64,000 nucleotides of DNA from Promethearchaeota archaeon (lineage in GTDB: Archaea; Asgardarchaeota; Lokiarchaeia; Sigyniarchaeales; SOKP01). Positions 9,980 to 19,852 of the stretch are shown here, piece by piece; position 1 is the stretch's first letter, and each line of letters opens with the position of its first letter. The notes under the pieces were generated by a model. That model did no database searches. It saw only the letters and a program-made list of their open reading frames with translations, and was not told the origin of the DNA. Both the position numbers and the translations under genes were made by a program. Where the stretch lies: contig JAEOTR010000017.1 in the NCBI GenBank assembly GCA_016839705.1, positions 1 through 64,000 on the forward strand, read 5' to 3'.

Positions 9980-11302
9980 TTACTCTTTCTTCTTTACTGC
10001 TGTGGTCCCCGGGTCAATATCCTTTACGATACCTACACAAACGGTTCTACCCATATCTCGCACAGCGAATCTGCCCATTTCTGGAAAATCATTATATTTT
10101 TCAAGGCACATTTTCTTAATTGGTGATAATTCTACAATCGCAGATTCGTTTCTCTTAAGAAACTTAGGAGAATCTTCAATGACGGCACCAGTTTTCTGAT
10201 CTAATTTTTTAAGTAAGGCAATAAATTTAGCAGCCACTTGAGCTGTATGTGCATGAACCACTGGTGTATAGCCTTGTGCAATAGCAGTAGGATGCCAGAT
10301 GACAATGACTTGACCTGTCCATTTTCCATTAGGGTTAATTACAGTAGGAGGATCACTTGGATGACCCATACAATCACCTCTACTAGCATCCGCTAGAGTT
10401 ATTCCCCTTATGCTGAAGCCTACATTATCACCAGGTACAGCTTGAGGTATTTCCTCATGATGCATTTCGATGGATCTAATTTCACCTTGGAAGCCAGTTG
10501 GCATGATAATAATTTTATCATTCTTCTTTAACACTCCTGTTTCAACCCTACCAACAGGAACAACTCCAGTTCCTTTAATTCTGTAAGAATCTTGGATTGG
10601 AACCCTTAGAGGTTTGCCAGTTGGCTTTTCAGGAAGCACAAATTGGTCGATAGCTTCAATTAAAGTAGGTCCATCATACCATGGCATTTTATCGCTTTTT
10701 TTTGACAAGTTTTCCATTGCCATCCCACTTGTAGGGACAAATGGTACATCTTTAAGCTTAAAACCAATATTTTTGAGAAGATCACCGACGGATTCTTTTA
10801 CTTCATTATATCTGTCTTCACTGTATTCATAATTGTCAGCTTTATTTACCGCAACGACGAGTTGTTTTACTCCTAAGGTTTGCGCTAGATATGCATGCTC
10901 ACGTGTTTGTCCATTAGCAGCAACTCCAACTTCCATTTCACCTTTTTTACCAGAAACGACAAGAATCGCAGCATCAGCTTGGCTGGCACCAGTAATCATG
11001 TTCTTAACAAAATCTGCGTGACCTGGTGCGTCAATGATAGTAAAGTAGCGGTTTGGCGTTTCGAACTTTCTAAAGGCTAAATCAATAGTAATTCCGCGTT
11101 GTCGTTCTTCTTTTAATTTGTCAAAGACGAAAGCATAAGACCAAGATTCTCTATCGTACTCCTTAGCGAGTTTTTCCAGCTCTCGAGCTTCTCTTTCGGT
11201 TACTGAACCTGTTTCTATGAGTAAGGCACCCATCATTGTTGATTTTCCGTGATCAATATGGCCAATAATAACCAAATTTAAATGAGGTTTATCGGTTGGC
11301 AT
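9980..11302 (-). CDS. tuf: Translation elongation factor EF-1alpha
   Basis: GHIDHGKST, RGITID, DAPGH, NKAD, GRFAVRDMG. Confidence 0.99.
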   Translation of the reverse strand: MPTDKPHLNLVIIGHIDHGKSTMMGALLIETGSVTEREARELEKLAKEYDRESWSYAFVFDKLKEERQRGITIDLAFRKFETPNRYFTIIDAPGHADFVKNMITGASQADAAILVVSGKKGEMEVGVAANGQTREHAYLAQTLGVKQLVVAVNKADNYEYSEDRYNEVKESVGDLLKNIGFKLKDVPFVPTSGMAMENLSKKSDKMPWYDGPTLIEAIDQFVLPEKPTGKPLRVPIQDSYRIKGTGVVPVGRVETGVLKKNDKIIIMPTGFQGEIRSIEMHHEEIPQAVPGDNVGFSIRGITLADASRGDCMGHPSDPPTVINPNGKWTGQVIVIWHPTAIAQGYTPVVHAHTAQVAAKFIALLKKLDQKTGAVIEDSPKFLKRNESAIVELSPIKKMCLEKYNDFPEMGRFAVRDMGRTVCVGIVKDIDPGTTAVKKKE

Positions 11303-11589
11303 TTTTCATCAATTTCCTCTATTTTCTATAATTTATGTTTTTACTAATATATTTCAAAATAACATTAATTTTTATTAGATGTTAATTGTAAATACGGATG
11401 AGTTTATATTTTTTACGATAATTTAAGTATAACTGAGAGTTTTTGATATATAAGATCAATTTATTGAATGTTTTATACTTCTTCTCTTCACTGTTAGGAA
11501 AAAAATTTGATAATAAAAATAAAAAACTATAGAACTTTAATTAAATTAAACATAAGAAAAAAAAGAAGAAAAAGAAATAATATAATATC

Positions 11590-12411
11590 ATGGTAAAGAA
11601 TCGAGCAAAATTTCCAAAAGAAGGGGAGTTTGTTGTTGCTAAAGTAACAGAGGTTGAGAATCAATATGTTTATGTCGATTTAATTAGCTTTGAGGGGTTA
11701 GATTCTGAGGAAACTGCTAGAGGTATGATTCATATATCAGAGATCAGCTCTAGATGGATAAAGAATATACGGAATTTTGTTCGAATTGGTCAAAGGGTAG
11801 TATTGCGTGTGTTACGAGTGGACCCAATTAAGGGGCACGTAGATTTGTCTTTGAGAAGAGTAAATTCGGCACAGAAAGAAATTCGGTTAAAAGAATGGAA
11901 ATATGCTGTGAAATATGAGAATTTACTACAATTTCTTACAGAGACTGAAGGGATTAATATGACTCTCGATGAAGCATATGATAAAGTTGGCTTCCCTATT
12001 TTAGATTTTTTCGAAAATTATCAAGAAGCTATAGAGAATCTTAAGGAGAACGGAGAAGAATTGCTAAATCAAATAGATGGTATCTCAGATGATACTAAAA
12101 ATGCATTATTGAAAATCGTTGATGAAAATGTACAAGTTTCAACAGTAAGTATATCTGGAAAGGTGAAATTATCGTTTAACTCGGAAAATGGTATAGACAG
12201 AATAAAGGAATCCTTACTAGAAGCCTTAAAAGTTATTGAGCCAAAAGAAACTCGTAAAGTTAGCATTAGTTATATAGCCGCACCATTTTATCGGCTAGAA
12301 GTGATCACTAAAGATTATTTAGATGCTGAAAATATCCTATCTGATACTTTGGAAATTATCGAACAAAAGGCAAACCAATATAATGGTAATTATGAGTTTA
12401 TTCGAGATTAA
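11590..12411 (+). CDS. eif2a: Translation initiation factor aIF-2 alpha
   Basis: FPKEGEFVV, S1 domain HISEISSRWIKNIR, KGHVDLSLRRV, APFYRL. Confidence 0.96.
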   Translation: MVKNRAKFPKEGEFVVAKVTEVENQYVYVDLISFEGLDSEETARGMIHISEISSRWIKNIRNFVRIGQRVVLRVLRVDPIKGHVDLSLRRVNSAQKEIRLKEWKYAVKYENLLQFLTETEGINMTLDEAYDKVGFPILDFFENYQEAIENLKENGEELLNQIDGISDDTKNALLKIVDENVQVSTVSISGKVKLSFNSENGIDRIKESLLEALKVIEPKETRKVSISYIAAPFYRLEVITKDYLDAENILSDTLEIIEQKANQYNGNYEFIRD

Positions 12412-12442
12412 ATTAATTATTATCTGATTTCTACTAGAAAAT

Positions 12443-12628
12443 ATGACTAAATATTTGCAAAAGTGTAAGGTTTGTAACAAATATGGCCTAGCTAATCCCG
12501 ATTCAAAGTGTCGCCATTGTGGAGCGCAGTTAGTTAATCCAAGACCTCCAAAATTTTCATTAATAGATAAATACTGGAAATATCGATTAGAATATTTCAA
12601 AGAAGAGTTTGATGAAAAGTTCAAATAA
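12443..12628 (+). CDS. nop10: H/ACA RNP protein Nop10
   Basis: Zn ribbon plus PPKFSLIDKYWKYR; follows aIF2alpha. Confidence 0.92.
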   Translation: MTKYLQKCKVCNKYGLANPDSKCRHCGAQLVNPRPPKFSLIDKYWKYRLEYFKEEFDEKFK

Positions 12629-12630
12629 CT

Positions 12631-13302
12631 TTATGACACTTCCACTTTTTCGGCGAATTTTTCAAATATAAGGATATTGGCATTCTGGGAAGGGATAAAT
12701 GCAATATCGTCTTTCTCAAACGGACCATAATTTAATAGGTCAATCCCAACTAAGGGTGGTGTTTTCTTTAGAAATCTTAGCATTATGAGATCAATATGCT
12801 CTTTTGGTTCTTCTTCAGTTATTTTCGCTTGAACAGATTCCTTATCTTTAATTAGTATTGCAGATTCTTCAATCTCTCTTGTTTCACTGGATTGCAGATG
12901 CTTTATTTCATCAGTTTTTAAATAATCTTCTTCTTGAAATATAGAAACGGCTTTTACTTTCTCATATCCTTTTATTGAACTAATTAAGTTTTGGTAAAGT
13001 AATTTCTCTGCTTCAATAATATTATTTACTTCAATGTCTTTTAAGGCTAGAGCAAAGTTAGTTATTTTTACTTCTCGTATTTTTAAAAGATCATCAAAAA
13101 GATAATTTAGATTCTGTTTATAGGATTCAAATATTTGAAATCTTAGATTATTTTTTGTATCTTCATGATGGTGATCCATATAATTGAGTATTTTCTTGTA
13201 ACTGTCAAAAATTTCCTGATTTAACACCGTTAATTCCGTTTGCTGAAATTCATTAAGCCAATGTTGGTATAACTTTTCATAATCTCTTTTTAAATCCATC
13301 AA
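12631..13302 (-). CDS. GINS complex subunit (Gins15/Gins51 type)
   Basis: Helical A-domain (LLKIREVKI) and C-terminal B-domain (VGIDLLNYGPFEKDDIAFIP); downstream of priS. Confidence 0.85.
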   Translation of the reverse strand: MMDLKRDYEKLYQHWLNEFQQTELTVLNQEIFDSYKKILNYMDHHHEDTKNNLRFQIFESYKQNLNYLFDDLLKIREVKITNFALALKDIEVNNIIEAEKLLYQNLISSIKGYEKVKAVSIFQEEDYLKTDEIKHLQSSETREIEESAILIKDKESVQAKITEEEPKEHIDLIMLRFLKKTPPLVGIDLLNYGPFEKDDIAFIPSQNANILIFEKFAEKVEVS

Positions 13303-13361
13303 TATCGAATCTGTTCGTTATAATTTTAAAATTACTAACTCATATAAAAATAAGTTTTAAG

Positions 13362-14648
13362 TCATATAGTTTTTGCTACTTCTTTACATAATAAGAAAAT
13401 TGCGACATGGTGAGGAACTTCAATAATATCGCCTTTTGAATAAGGTCCATGCTTTTCTCCCTTTATTTTAGTAACCGGTACTTTCTCTTCTAGGATTTCT
13501 AATTTCTGAGTAGTATGTACCTTACTCTCAAAAACAATTGGATCTAATGATTCCTTTCTCTCATCTAATGGATTGAAATCATCAATTTCATCGGGTAATA
13601 TTTCTTGAACTTTAAATCCTGTTTTTCCATGGAGGGAACCAGGATATCTGATAAGTCTATGAATATCTACGGTAACAGGAATATCAATTTCTACTCCCAG
13701 TTCATGAACTACTCCTGTGAAGAATTTTTTCCAATTAGTCATTCCAAAGCCTTCAATTGAAGGTAAAATAAATCTATTAGTTTCTTTAATCTTGGTAAGA
13801 AAATCTTGTTTGGAATTTATAAAACTCTTAATGTAACTATTGTTTAAATTGAATTTCTCATTATTTGACAAATAATTTTTTATATCTGCATCAGGTTTAT
13901 TTAATATTTCTTCAGTTTTTCGTAAGATTTTTTGAGCCCAACCAATAGTATCTTGTGAAAAACGATAAAAAGTCCCACTTCTAGTTTGTAATCCTAATAT
14001 TTCAAATGAAACATTTTCTCCTGTAATATAATCGGCAAGTTCTCTTCTTTCGTCGGAAGAAAGAGTTCTTATTTTGTCATTTTCAATTTTCAAATGATAT
14101 CCACGATGTCCTGAAAATGCAATTCTTATTTGATTTAGTTCAATTGCAAAATCTGGAATTAGAAAATCATAGATTAATTTGATTATTTCATATTTGGCTA
14201 TATCTAAACATTTCTCGCAGATCCAAGTTAAAGTTTTAAATTTTGATTTGTGGCAACTTGGGCAACGATCCACTATTCCATTTCCGCTTTCTCCACATTC
14301 TTTGCAATACCAAAAGTCGTGATCTTCTTTACAAGGTGTATAGAAGTGGTCCGCATCAATGTCAATGATTAAATCACAACCCTTGAAACCTTTTCCAGAC
14401 ATGTCTTGATTTTCTGGTTGGAAATAAAGTGCTCCACTTGAATATACATGTCGAGGTCCATTACTAAACAAATTTTTCATCAGGTTTTCCCTACTTGAAA
14501 AATTCATGTGTCTTATCATTCTAATTTGCTTGTCCCATGGAATAAATCCAAATTCTCTCTCATTAAAGGAGTTTATTAATGGTAAATTTTTTCTATTTTC
14601 TCTATAGTATTCCTTAAATAGCCGATTTAGATATTGAATATCATTCAT
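13362..14648 (-). CDS. priS: DNA primase catalytic subunit PriS
   Basis: REFGF, DLIIDIDAD, FSGHRGYH, IDIPVTVDIHRLIRYPGSLHGKTG; start set at ATG 14648 overlapping priL stop. Confidence 0.96.
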   Translation of the reverse strand: MNDIQYLNRLFKEYYRENRKNLPLINSFNEREFGFIPWDKQIRMIRHMNFSSRENLMKNLFSNGPRHVYSSGALYFQPENQDMSGKGFKGCDLIIDIDADHFYTPCKEDHDFWYCKECGESGNGIVDRCPSCHKSKFKTLTWICEKCLDIAKYEIIKLIYDFLIPDFAIELNQIRIAFSGHRGYHLKIENDKIRTLSSDERRELADYITGENVSFEILGLQTRSGTFYRFSQDTIGWAQKILRKTEEILNKPDADIKNYLSNNEKFNLNNSYIKSFINSKQDFLTKIKETNRFILPSIEGFGMTNWKKFFTGVVHELGVEIDIPVTVDIHRLIRYPGSLHGKTGFKVQEILPDEIDDFNPLDERKESLDPIVFESKVHTTQKLEILEEKVPVTKIKGEKHGPYSKGDIIEVPHHVAIFLLCKEVAKTI

Positions 14649-15822
14649 TATTAGATTTTTGATTACTTTCTTCAATTTTTTTTTTCATTGTGGAAACAAA
14701 TTGGGTAAATTGAACGTAAAAAAGAGGATGCGAAATTTTCTTTTGCTCATCATATTTCTTAGAGAAATAACCTTTTATACATAATTCATCTTTATATTTT
14801 TTCGCCATACATAAAGTATAGGATTTTAGAGTTTTGCATGAGTAAGGAGTATAACCTTTTTTAATTGCATATCTAACTTGATATCCAGTTCTATCTCTAT
14901 CAAAGTCAGGAAGAGTCGAAAATAGGTTTATAATGTCTTCTTCGGGATATTTTAAAGCGTTTAAAAACCAGACAATAAATAAACGCTCTGTATGAATTAA
15001 ATTTTGTCCTTCTTTTATTTTAGCAAGAATTTCTTGAATACATGGAGGTAAATATTTACTAAGGTCTTGATCTTTCCTAAAACCCATTTCAAAAGAATAT
15101 TCAAATTCTTCTTTTTTCTCCTCCCACTTTTCACTAATTTTTTCATATAGATCGCGAAATATTTGATTTTTTAATAACTCCTCTCTTAAATCTTCAATAT
15201 TGATTTGATTCAGAAATTTAATTCTTACATATTCTTGAATTAACCTATTGAGATCATCAGGTTGAATAAATACATAACCGTTATTTAATGAATTATTGAC
15301 TAATTTACGATAATTGTCCCTCAGATTAGAAGCGAGCTTCAAATAGTCAATAAAATGGATTCGAAATTTAGTTCTAAGATTTAAACCTTGATCCTTTACC
15401 TTAATTTTTTTGTAGATTACTGGTTCCTCAGAATAAACAATATCAAAATTTAAATCTTTATAAATATAATATAGATTAAAATCACTATTTATATCTTTAT
15501 TTAAGCTCTTGTAAGTGATTTTTGAATACAATTCGGCAATTTTGTTTGCAATTTGTTTGTTGTTCAAAATACTTAAAAAAATCTTTATTACTAAATAGAA
15601 ATCAATATTTATCTCATCATCCATAAAAAAAGAGAAATCCTCAATTTTGTTAAAAGAAGCTTTAAAAAACTCCAGGATTCTTTCTTTTATCTTATTGCCG
15701 TTATCAGATGAGAATACTTCATTTATAAAATCTATAGGTCCCTTTAAAGCTTTATTGGGGTAATATTTCTTTAGAGATGGAAGCCAAGGATAACGTTTAA
15801 CTAAGTTGAAAATCTCGCTCAT
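14641..15822 (-). CDS. priL: DNA primase large subunit PriL
   Basis: YPWL, KLVN..LNNGYV, LPPCI, HTERL, PDFD, YTPYSC..LC Fe-S domain. Confidence 0.94.
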   Translation of the reverse strand: MSEIFNLVKRYPWLPSLKKYYPNKALKGPIDFINEVFSSDNGNKIKERILEFFKASFNKIEDFSFFMDDEINIDFYLVIKIFLSILNNKQIANKIAELYSKITYKSLNKDINSDFNLYYIYKDLNFDIVYSEEPVIYKKIKVKDQGLNLRTKFRIHFIDYLKLASNLRDNYRKLVNNSLNNGYVFIQPDDLNRLIQEYVRIKFLNQINIEDLREELLKNQIFRDLYEKISEKWEEKKEEFEYSFEMGFRKDQDLSKYLPPCIQEILAKIKEGQNLIHTERLFIVWFLNALKYPEEDIINLFSTLPDFDRDRTGYQVRYAIKKGYTPYSCKTLKSYTLCMAKKYKDELCIKGYFSKKYDEQKKISHPLFYVQFTQFVSTMKKKIEESNQKSNNE

Positions 15823-15974
15823 TATTCAAAAATTTCCCATTTCTAATGATTTTTATTTTGCTTCTAAAAGATTTGATGGTCTTAAGCTTTAATAGATAAA
15901 GAGTAAAATGGTTTATTGATAATTTTAATAAATCTATTAACAAACTAATAAACTATATTTAAAGAAAGAGTTGA

Positions 15975-16778
15975 TTAAAATTCATCCATATCGTCTTCGT
16001 CTCCGAATTCCTCTTCTTCGACACGAGGTGCAAGGAAATAGCTTAGTTTCCCACCTTCAAGAAGATCAAAATTCATTTTTAACGGATGATCTGTTTTAAG
16101 GGATATTTCTAATTTTTCTGTGATAGAGGCTATCTTTAGTATTGCTTTTAGGAATGTTAACGAATATGCCCCACTACTTGAACCTTGAAGTTGACTTTCA
16201 ATCAAATCATCTTCATTGAGGTCATATACCATTTCACCAATTTGTCCAGAGGAGCTAAAGACAAGACCTTGTCCTTCATTTGCGTTTATGTTGAGGATTT
16301 CTGAGTAAATTTCCGCGTCTTTTATTGCTTCAACCAAGAAATCTGTATCTATTACCCACTTTGAAGGATAATCTATTTTGAGTAAATTATCCATTGGGAT
16401 TTCTTCGATGTCAATATCTAATAATGCTAAGCTAAATGTCCTGGTTCTAGATACACCCTCCCTTTGCATTTTAATTTTTATCTTTTGGTCAGCCTCATTA
16501 AAATCTATTTCAACTGTGTCATTGGCAGCACTTCTTTTTAAGATTTTATCTAGATCATCTAAATTTAATCCAACTTTCGATTCTGTACTACATTCATATT
16601 CATCAAAATTATCCTTCTTAATGGATAATTTCAGAAGACAGATTCTACTTGGATCCATCGCTGAAATAGTAAACTCTTTAGGAGTGACTCGAAATTCCGT
16701 TTCATCAATGATGCTGGCAAGAGTTTCAACAATTCCTTTTAATATCCGACTATTTTCTAATTTTAACGTGAAGCTCAT
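15975..16778 (-). CDS. pcn: DNA sliding clamp PCNA
   Basis: AMDPSRICL, YSLTFL, YFLAPRVE; acidic C-terminal tail. Confidence 0.97.
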   Translation of the reverse strand: MSFTLKLENSRILKGIVETLASIIDETEFRVTPKEFTISAMDPSRICLLKLSIKKDNFDEYECSTESKVGLNLDDLDKILKRSAANDTVEIDFNEADQKIKIKMQREGVSRTRTFSLALLDIDIEEIPMDNLLKIDYPSKWVIDTDFLVEAIKDAEIYSEILNINANEGQGLVFSSSGQIGEMVYDLNEDDLIESQLQGSSSGAYSLTFLKAILKIASITEKLEISLKTDHPLKMNFDLLEGGKLSYFLAPRVEEEEFGDEDDMDEF

Positions 16779-16955
16779 ATTCTTTCAGTATTTTTATGCT
16801 ATTATAATTAAGATAATAAAGTTTTATTGGCATTATTAATAATATTTAATATTAGTCTTTTAATAAAACCAACTCTGTGTATTAAATTAATTATTTATAC
16901 TTATCTTAAATTTCAATGATTATTACTGAAATAAATCGAACTGTTTATTAAAAAA

Positions 16956-17273
16956 ATGCCATTACAATCTGCGAAACAAAGAATGATTAAAAATCTCAAA
17001 AATGAGGATGAGAGGGTTCAAATCACTGGATATGTAAGGGAACTCGTTGAAGAAGAACAATTTGTTTTAGATGATGATACGGGGAAAATTGGTGTTGATA
17101 TTAAAAATATTGATTTTAAGTTTAAGGAAAATGATTTGATTAACGTTATTGGTAATCTTGTTAAAGAAGATGATGAAATAAAAATGTTTAAAGCTGAAAT
17201 TATCCAAGACAAGAACCAATTAAATTTTGAATATTATAAGAAATTATATGAACTTAAAAAAAAATACGGATGA
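16956..17273 (+). CDS. Single OB-fold protein, RPA3/RPA14-like
   Basis: RVQITGYV, FVLDDDTGKI, INVIG, AEIIQD plus C-terminal helix; divergent from PCNA. Confidence 0.75.
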   Translation: MPLQSAKQRMIKNLKNEDERVQITGYVRELVEEEQFVLDDDTGKIGVDIKNIDFKFKENDLINVIGNLVKEDDEIKMFKAEIIQDKNQLNFEYYKKLYELKKKYG

Positions 17274-17303
17274 GTTTGTAAAGAAGAATATAGGTGGTAT
17301 CAA

Positions 17304-17636
17304 ATAGTACAATTTTGCCCTAAGTGTTCCAATCTTTTACGCAGAAAAAAAGAGAATGGGAAGCCATATCTTGTATGTATGTGTGGATATCAAGAGGGAT
17401 ATGACTCGCTTATCGATGAAAAAAGTATTAATAAGAAAAAGGAAGCTTTAAAAAGAAATCTAATAATTGTAAAGAAAGATGATAAGATTTCAGTGCTTCC
17501 TAAAGTAAAAACGAGTTGTCCTAAATGCAGTCATAATGAAGCAGAAACCTGGCAAACTCAAATTAGAAGCTCAGATGAACCAGCTACTCATTTTTTTAGA
17601 TGTGTCAAATGTAAACATACGTGGCGTCAGGGATAA
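17304..17636 (+). CDS. tfs: Transcription factor S (TFS/RpoM family), ATA start
   Basis: N-terminal ribbon QFCPKCSNLL lies upstream of track start; C-terminal CPKC...QIRSSDEP..FFRCVKC; GGTGGT then ATA at 17304. Confidence 0.93.
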   Translation: MVQFCPKCSNLLRRKKENGKPYLVCMCGYQEGYDSLIDEKSINKKKEALKRNLIIVKKDDKISVLPKVKTSCPKCSHNEAETWQTQIRSSDEPATHFFRCVKCKHTWRQG

Positions 17637-17762
17637 AAACAGTTTACATAAGGAATTAAATAAATATTTAATATGTATATCTAGTTATATTTACGTGAAA
17701 GAACAGTTTCACGATCTTTATAAGATTTATTTTAAAACTTAATCGATATTGGTGATTGAATT

Positions 17763-18245
17763 TTGAAGAAAAATTGTGAAAATATAACTTTTCGTAGAAT
17801 TACAAGACATAATTACCGTCAAATAATAAATCTTAAAGTAAAACCCTATCAAAAATACCTAATTGCCTCGAATGCCGTATCAATGGCAGATGCTTATTTC
17901 TATAAAGAAGCATGGATGCGTGCTGTATATTCTGCTGAAACTCCTGTTGGATTTGTTATGCTTGCTGATAATTCACTGAAATTTAAATTTATTAAGCATT
18001 TTAAACCTCGTCTTTATATTTGGAGATTTATGATCGCAGATAACTATCAGAACCAAGGATTTGGTAGAAAAGCCATGGAGTTAATAATTCAGCACGTAAA
18101 ATCTAAATTTGGTGCAGATGAATTGATTACTTATACTTTACCTCAAAATAAAGATGCGTTAGAGTTTTATAGAAACTTAGGGTTTAAACCAACTGGGAGA
18201 AAATTAGCAATTGGAGATCTCGAGCTACAATTAAAATTAAAATAA
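17763..18245 (+). CDS. GNAT N-acetyltransferase (spermidine/spermine acetyltransferase-like)
   Basis: IWRFMIADNYQNQGFGRKAM, ALEFYRNLGF. Confidence 0.88.
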   Translation: MKKNCENITFRRITRHNYRQIINLKVKPYQKYLIASNAVSMADAYFYKEAWMRAVYSAETPVGFVMLADNSLKFKFIKHFKPRLYIWRFMIADNYQNQGFGRKAMELIIQHVKSKFGADELITYTLPQNKDALEFYRNLGFKPTGRKLAIGDLELQLKLK

Positions 18246-18249
18246 ATGT

Positions 18250-18456
18250 TTAGGAGAGAACTTCTAAGATTTTTGTAAGAATTCTTGCTTTTCCGCCTGT
18301 AGATTGAAGTAACGTTTTTCCACAGACTAAACATTGCACATCTGTTCCCGAGCATCCAAAAACTATTTGCTGGTTTCCACAATTTAAACACTTCACACGA
18401 AGAAATCTACTTTTTGGATGTGGAATAAGAACTTTTGATTTTTCATTTCTTGCCAT
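18250..18456 (-). CDS. rps27e: 30S ribosomal protein S27e
   Basis: [20 protein letters not shown]...CLVCG...TGGKA. Confidence 0.97.
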   Translation of the reverse strand: MARNEKSKVLIPHPKSRFLRVKCLNCGNQQIVFGCSGTDVQCLVCGKTLLQSTGGKARILTKILEVLS

Positions 18457-18478
18457 ATTAATATTTCCCTATTTTTAG

Positions 18479-18760
18479 TTAAACTTCTTGTAATTCAAGT
18501 CTTTTTACGCGATAAGATTTAGCATATTGTTTTTTACCGCATTCTGAACATTCTAAGATAGGAGTGCTCTTTTTGTTGATTTTTGCATTTTTATGAAATA
18601 TTTCCTTCGGAAAAGAACCATACCCCCTTTTTTTCCTTTCTACTTGACGGTCTGACCAAGATAGGGCTCGTCTCTTACCTTGTTTATATAATGTAACATT
18701 ATGAATTTGATGTGAACGGCAATTGGGACAGTATCGCTTTGTTGTTCTAGGATATTTCAA
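18479..18760 (-). CDS. rpl44e: 50S ribosomal protein L44e
   Basis: RYCPNCRSHQIH, KRGYG, LECSECGK. Confidence 0.96.
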   Translation of the reverse strand: MKYPRTTKRYCPNCRSHQIHNVTLYKQGKRRALSWSDRQVERKKRGYGSFPKEIFHKNAKINKKSTPILECSECGKKQYAKSYRVKRLELQEV

Positions 18761-18920
18761 TTTACTAGCACCTTTTATTTCTAATTATCTTGGGTAATTT
18801 TTCATAAATTTTAAGTTTTATTAGTTCTGTCTATTCCATTTAAATTACCATTTTTTAATAATAAACCATTTATATTTTCCTTACATAATGTTAATAAAAA
18901 CAATTTCAAGTAGAATTTAA

Positions 18921-19838
18921 ATGTTTCATGAGAAATTTCGCGAGGGAATCATAAGCGCCAAGCAGTTTGATAAGGATGATATTGAGTATATTTTAAGTAA
19001 GAGTAGAGAAATGATTAAAAAAAAAAACACAGATCTTCTTAACGGAAAAATCCTTGCTACCTTGTTTTTTGAACCTTCAACCCGCACTCGTCTTAGTTTT
19101 GAATCTGCTATGTATAGATTAGGTGGAAATGTAATCGGATTTCATTCTGGAGATGTTTCTTCTATCAAAAAGGGAGAAAGTATTGCAGATACAATTCGAA
19201 CTGTAGAAAATTATAGTGATTGTATTGTTATTAGACATTCGCTTGAAGGTGCTGCGAGAATGGCATCAAAATTTGCGAAAGTACCAATTATAAACGCAGG
19301 ATCTGGGAGCGGGGAACATCCTACTCAAGCTCTACTAGATTTACTAACGATAACTCAAGAGCTCGGTTCATTAGATGGTTTGAATATAGGATTAATGGGT
19401 GATCTTAAGTATGGAAGAACAGTTCATTCACTCTCAGTACTACTATCTAATTTTAATGTTAATGCTTATTTCATAAGCCCCGTAGAGTTGCAGATGAGAA
19501 ATCGAGATAAAGATTTTTTACGACAACGACAAATGAACTATAAAGAAATTACAAACTTTAGAAAGATTTTAAATACCTTAGATGTTCTTTATATGACTCG
19601 AATTCAGAAAGAAAGATTTGTTGATTTAGAAGAATATGAGAAGATTAAAAACTTCTATATTTTCAGAAAAGAAGATCTTGAAGATACTAAGGAAAATTTT
19701 CGGTTATTACACCCTTTACCCCGTGTTAATGAAATCTCACCAGATGTAGATAGTTCAAATAAATCGGTTTATTTTAAACAAACTTTTTATGGAATTCCAA
19801 TGCGAAAAGCCATTTTAGCAGAAATGATGCATGATTAG
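18921..19838 (+). CDS. pyrB: Aspartate carbamoyltransferase catalytic subunit
   Basis: FFEPSTRTRLSF, HPTQ, GDLKYGRTVHSL, TRIQKER, HPLPR. Confidence 0.98.
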   Translation: MFHEKFREGIISAKQFDKDDIEYILSKSREMIKKKNTDLLNGKILATLFFEPSTRTRLSFESAMYRLGGNVIGFHSGDVSSIKKGESIADTIRTVENYSDCIVIRHSLEGAARMASKFAKVPIINAGSGSGEHPTQALLDLLTITQELGSLDGLNIGLMGDLKYGRTVHSLSVLLSNFNVNAYFISPVELQMRNRDKDFLRQRQMNYKEITNFRKILNTLDVLYMTRIQKERFVDLEEYEKIKNFYIFRKEDLEDTKENFRLLHPLPRVNEISPDVDSSNKSVYFKQTFYGIPMRKAILAEMMHD

Positions 19839-19852
19839 ATTAAAAACCTTCA

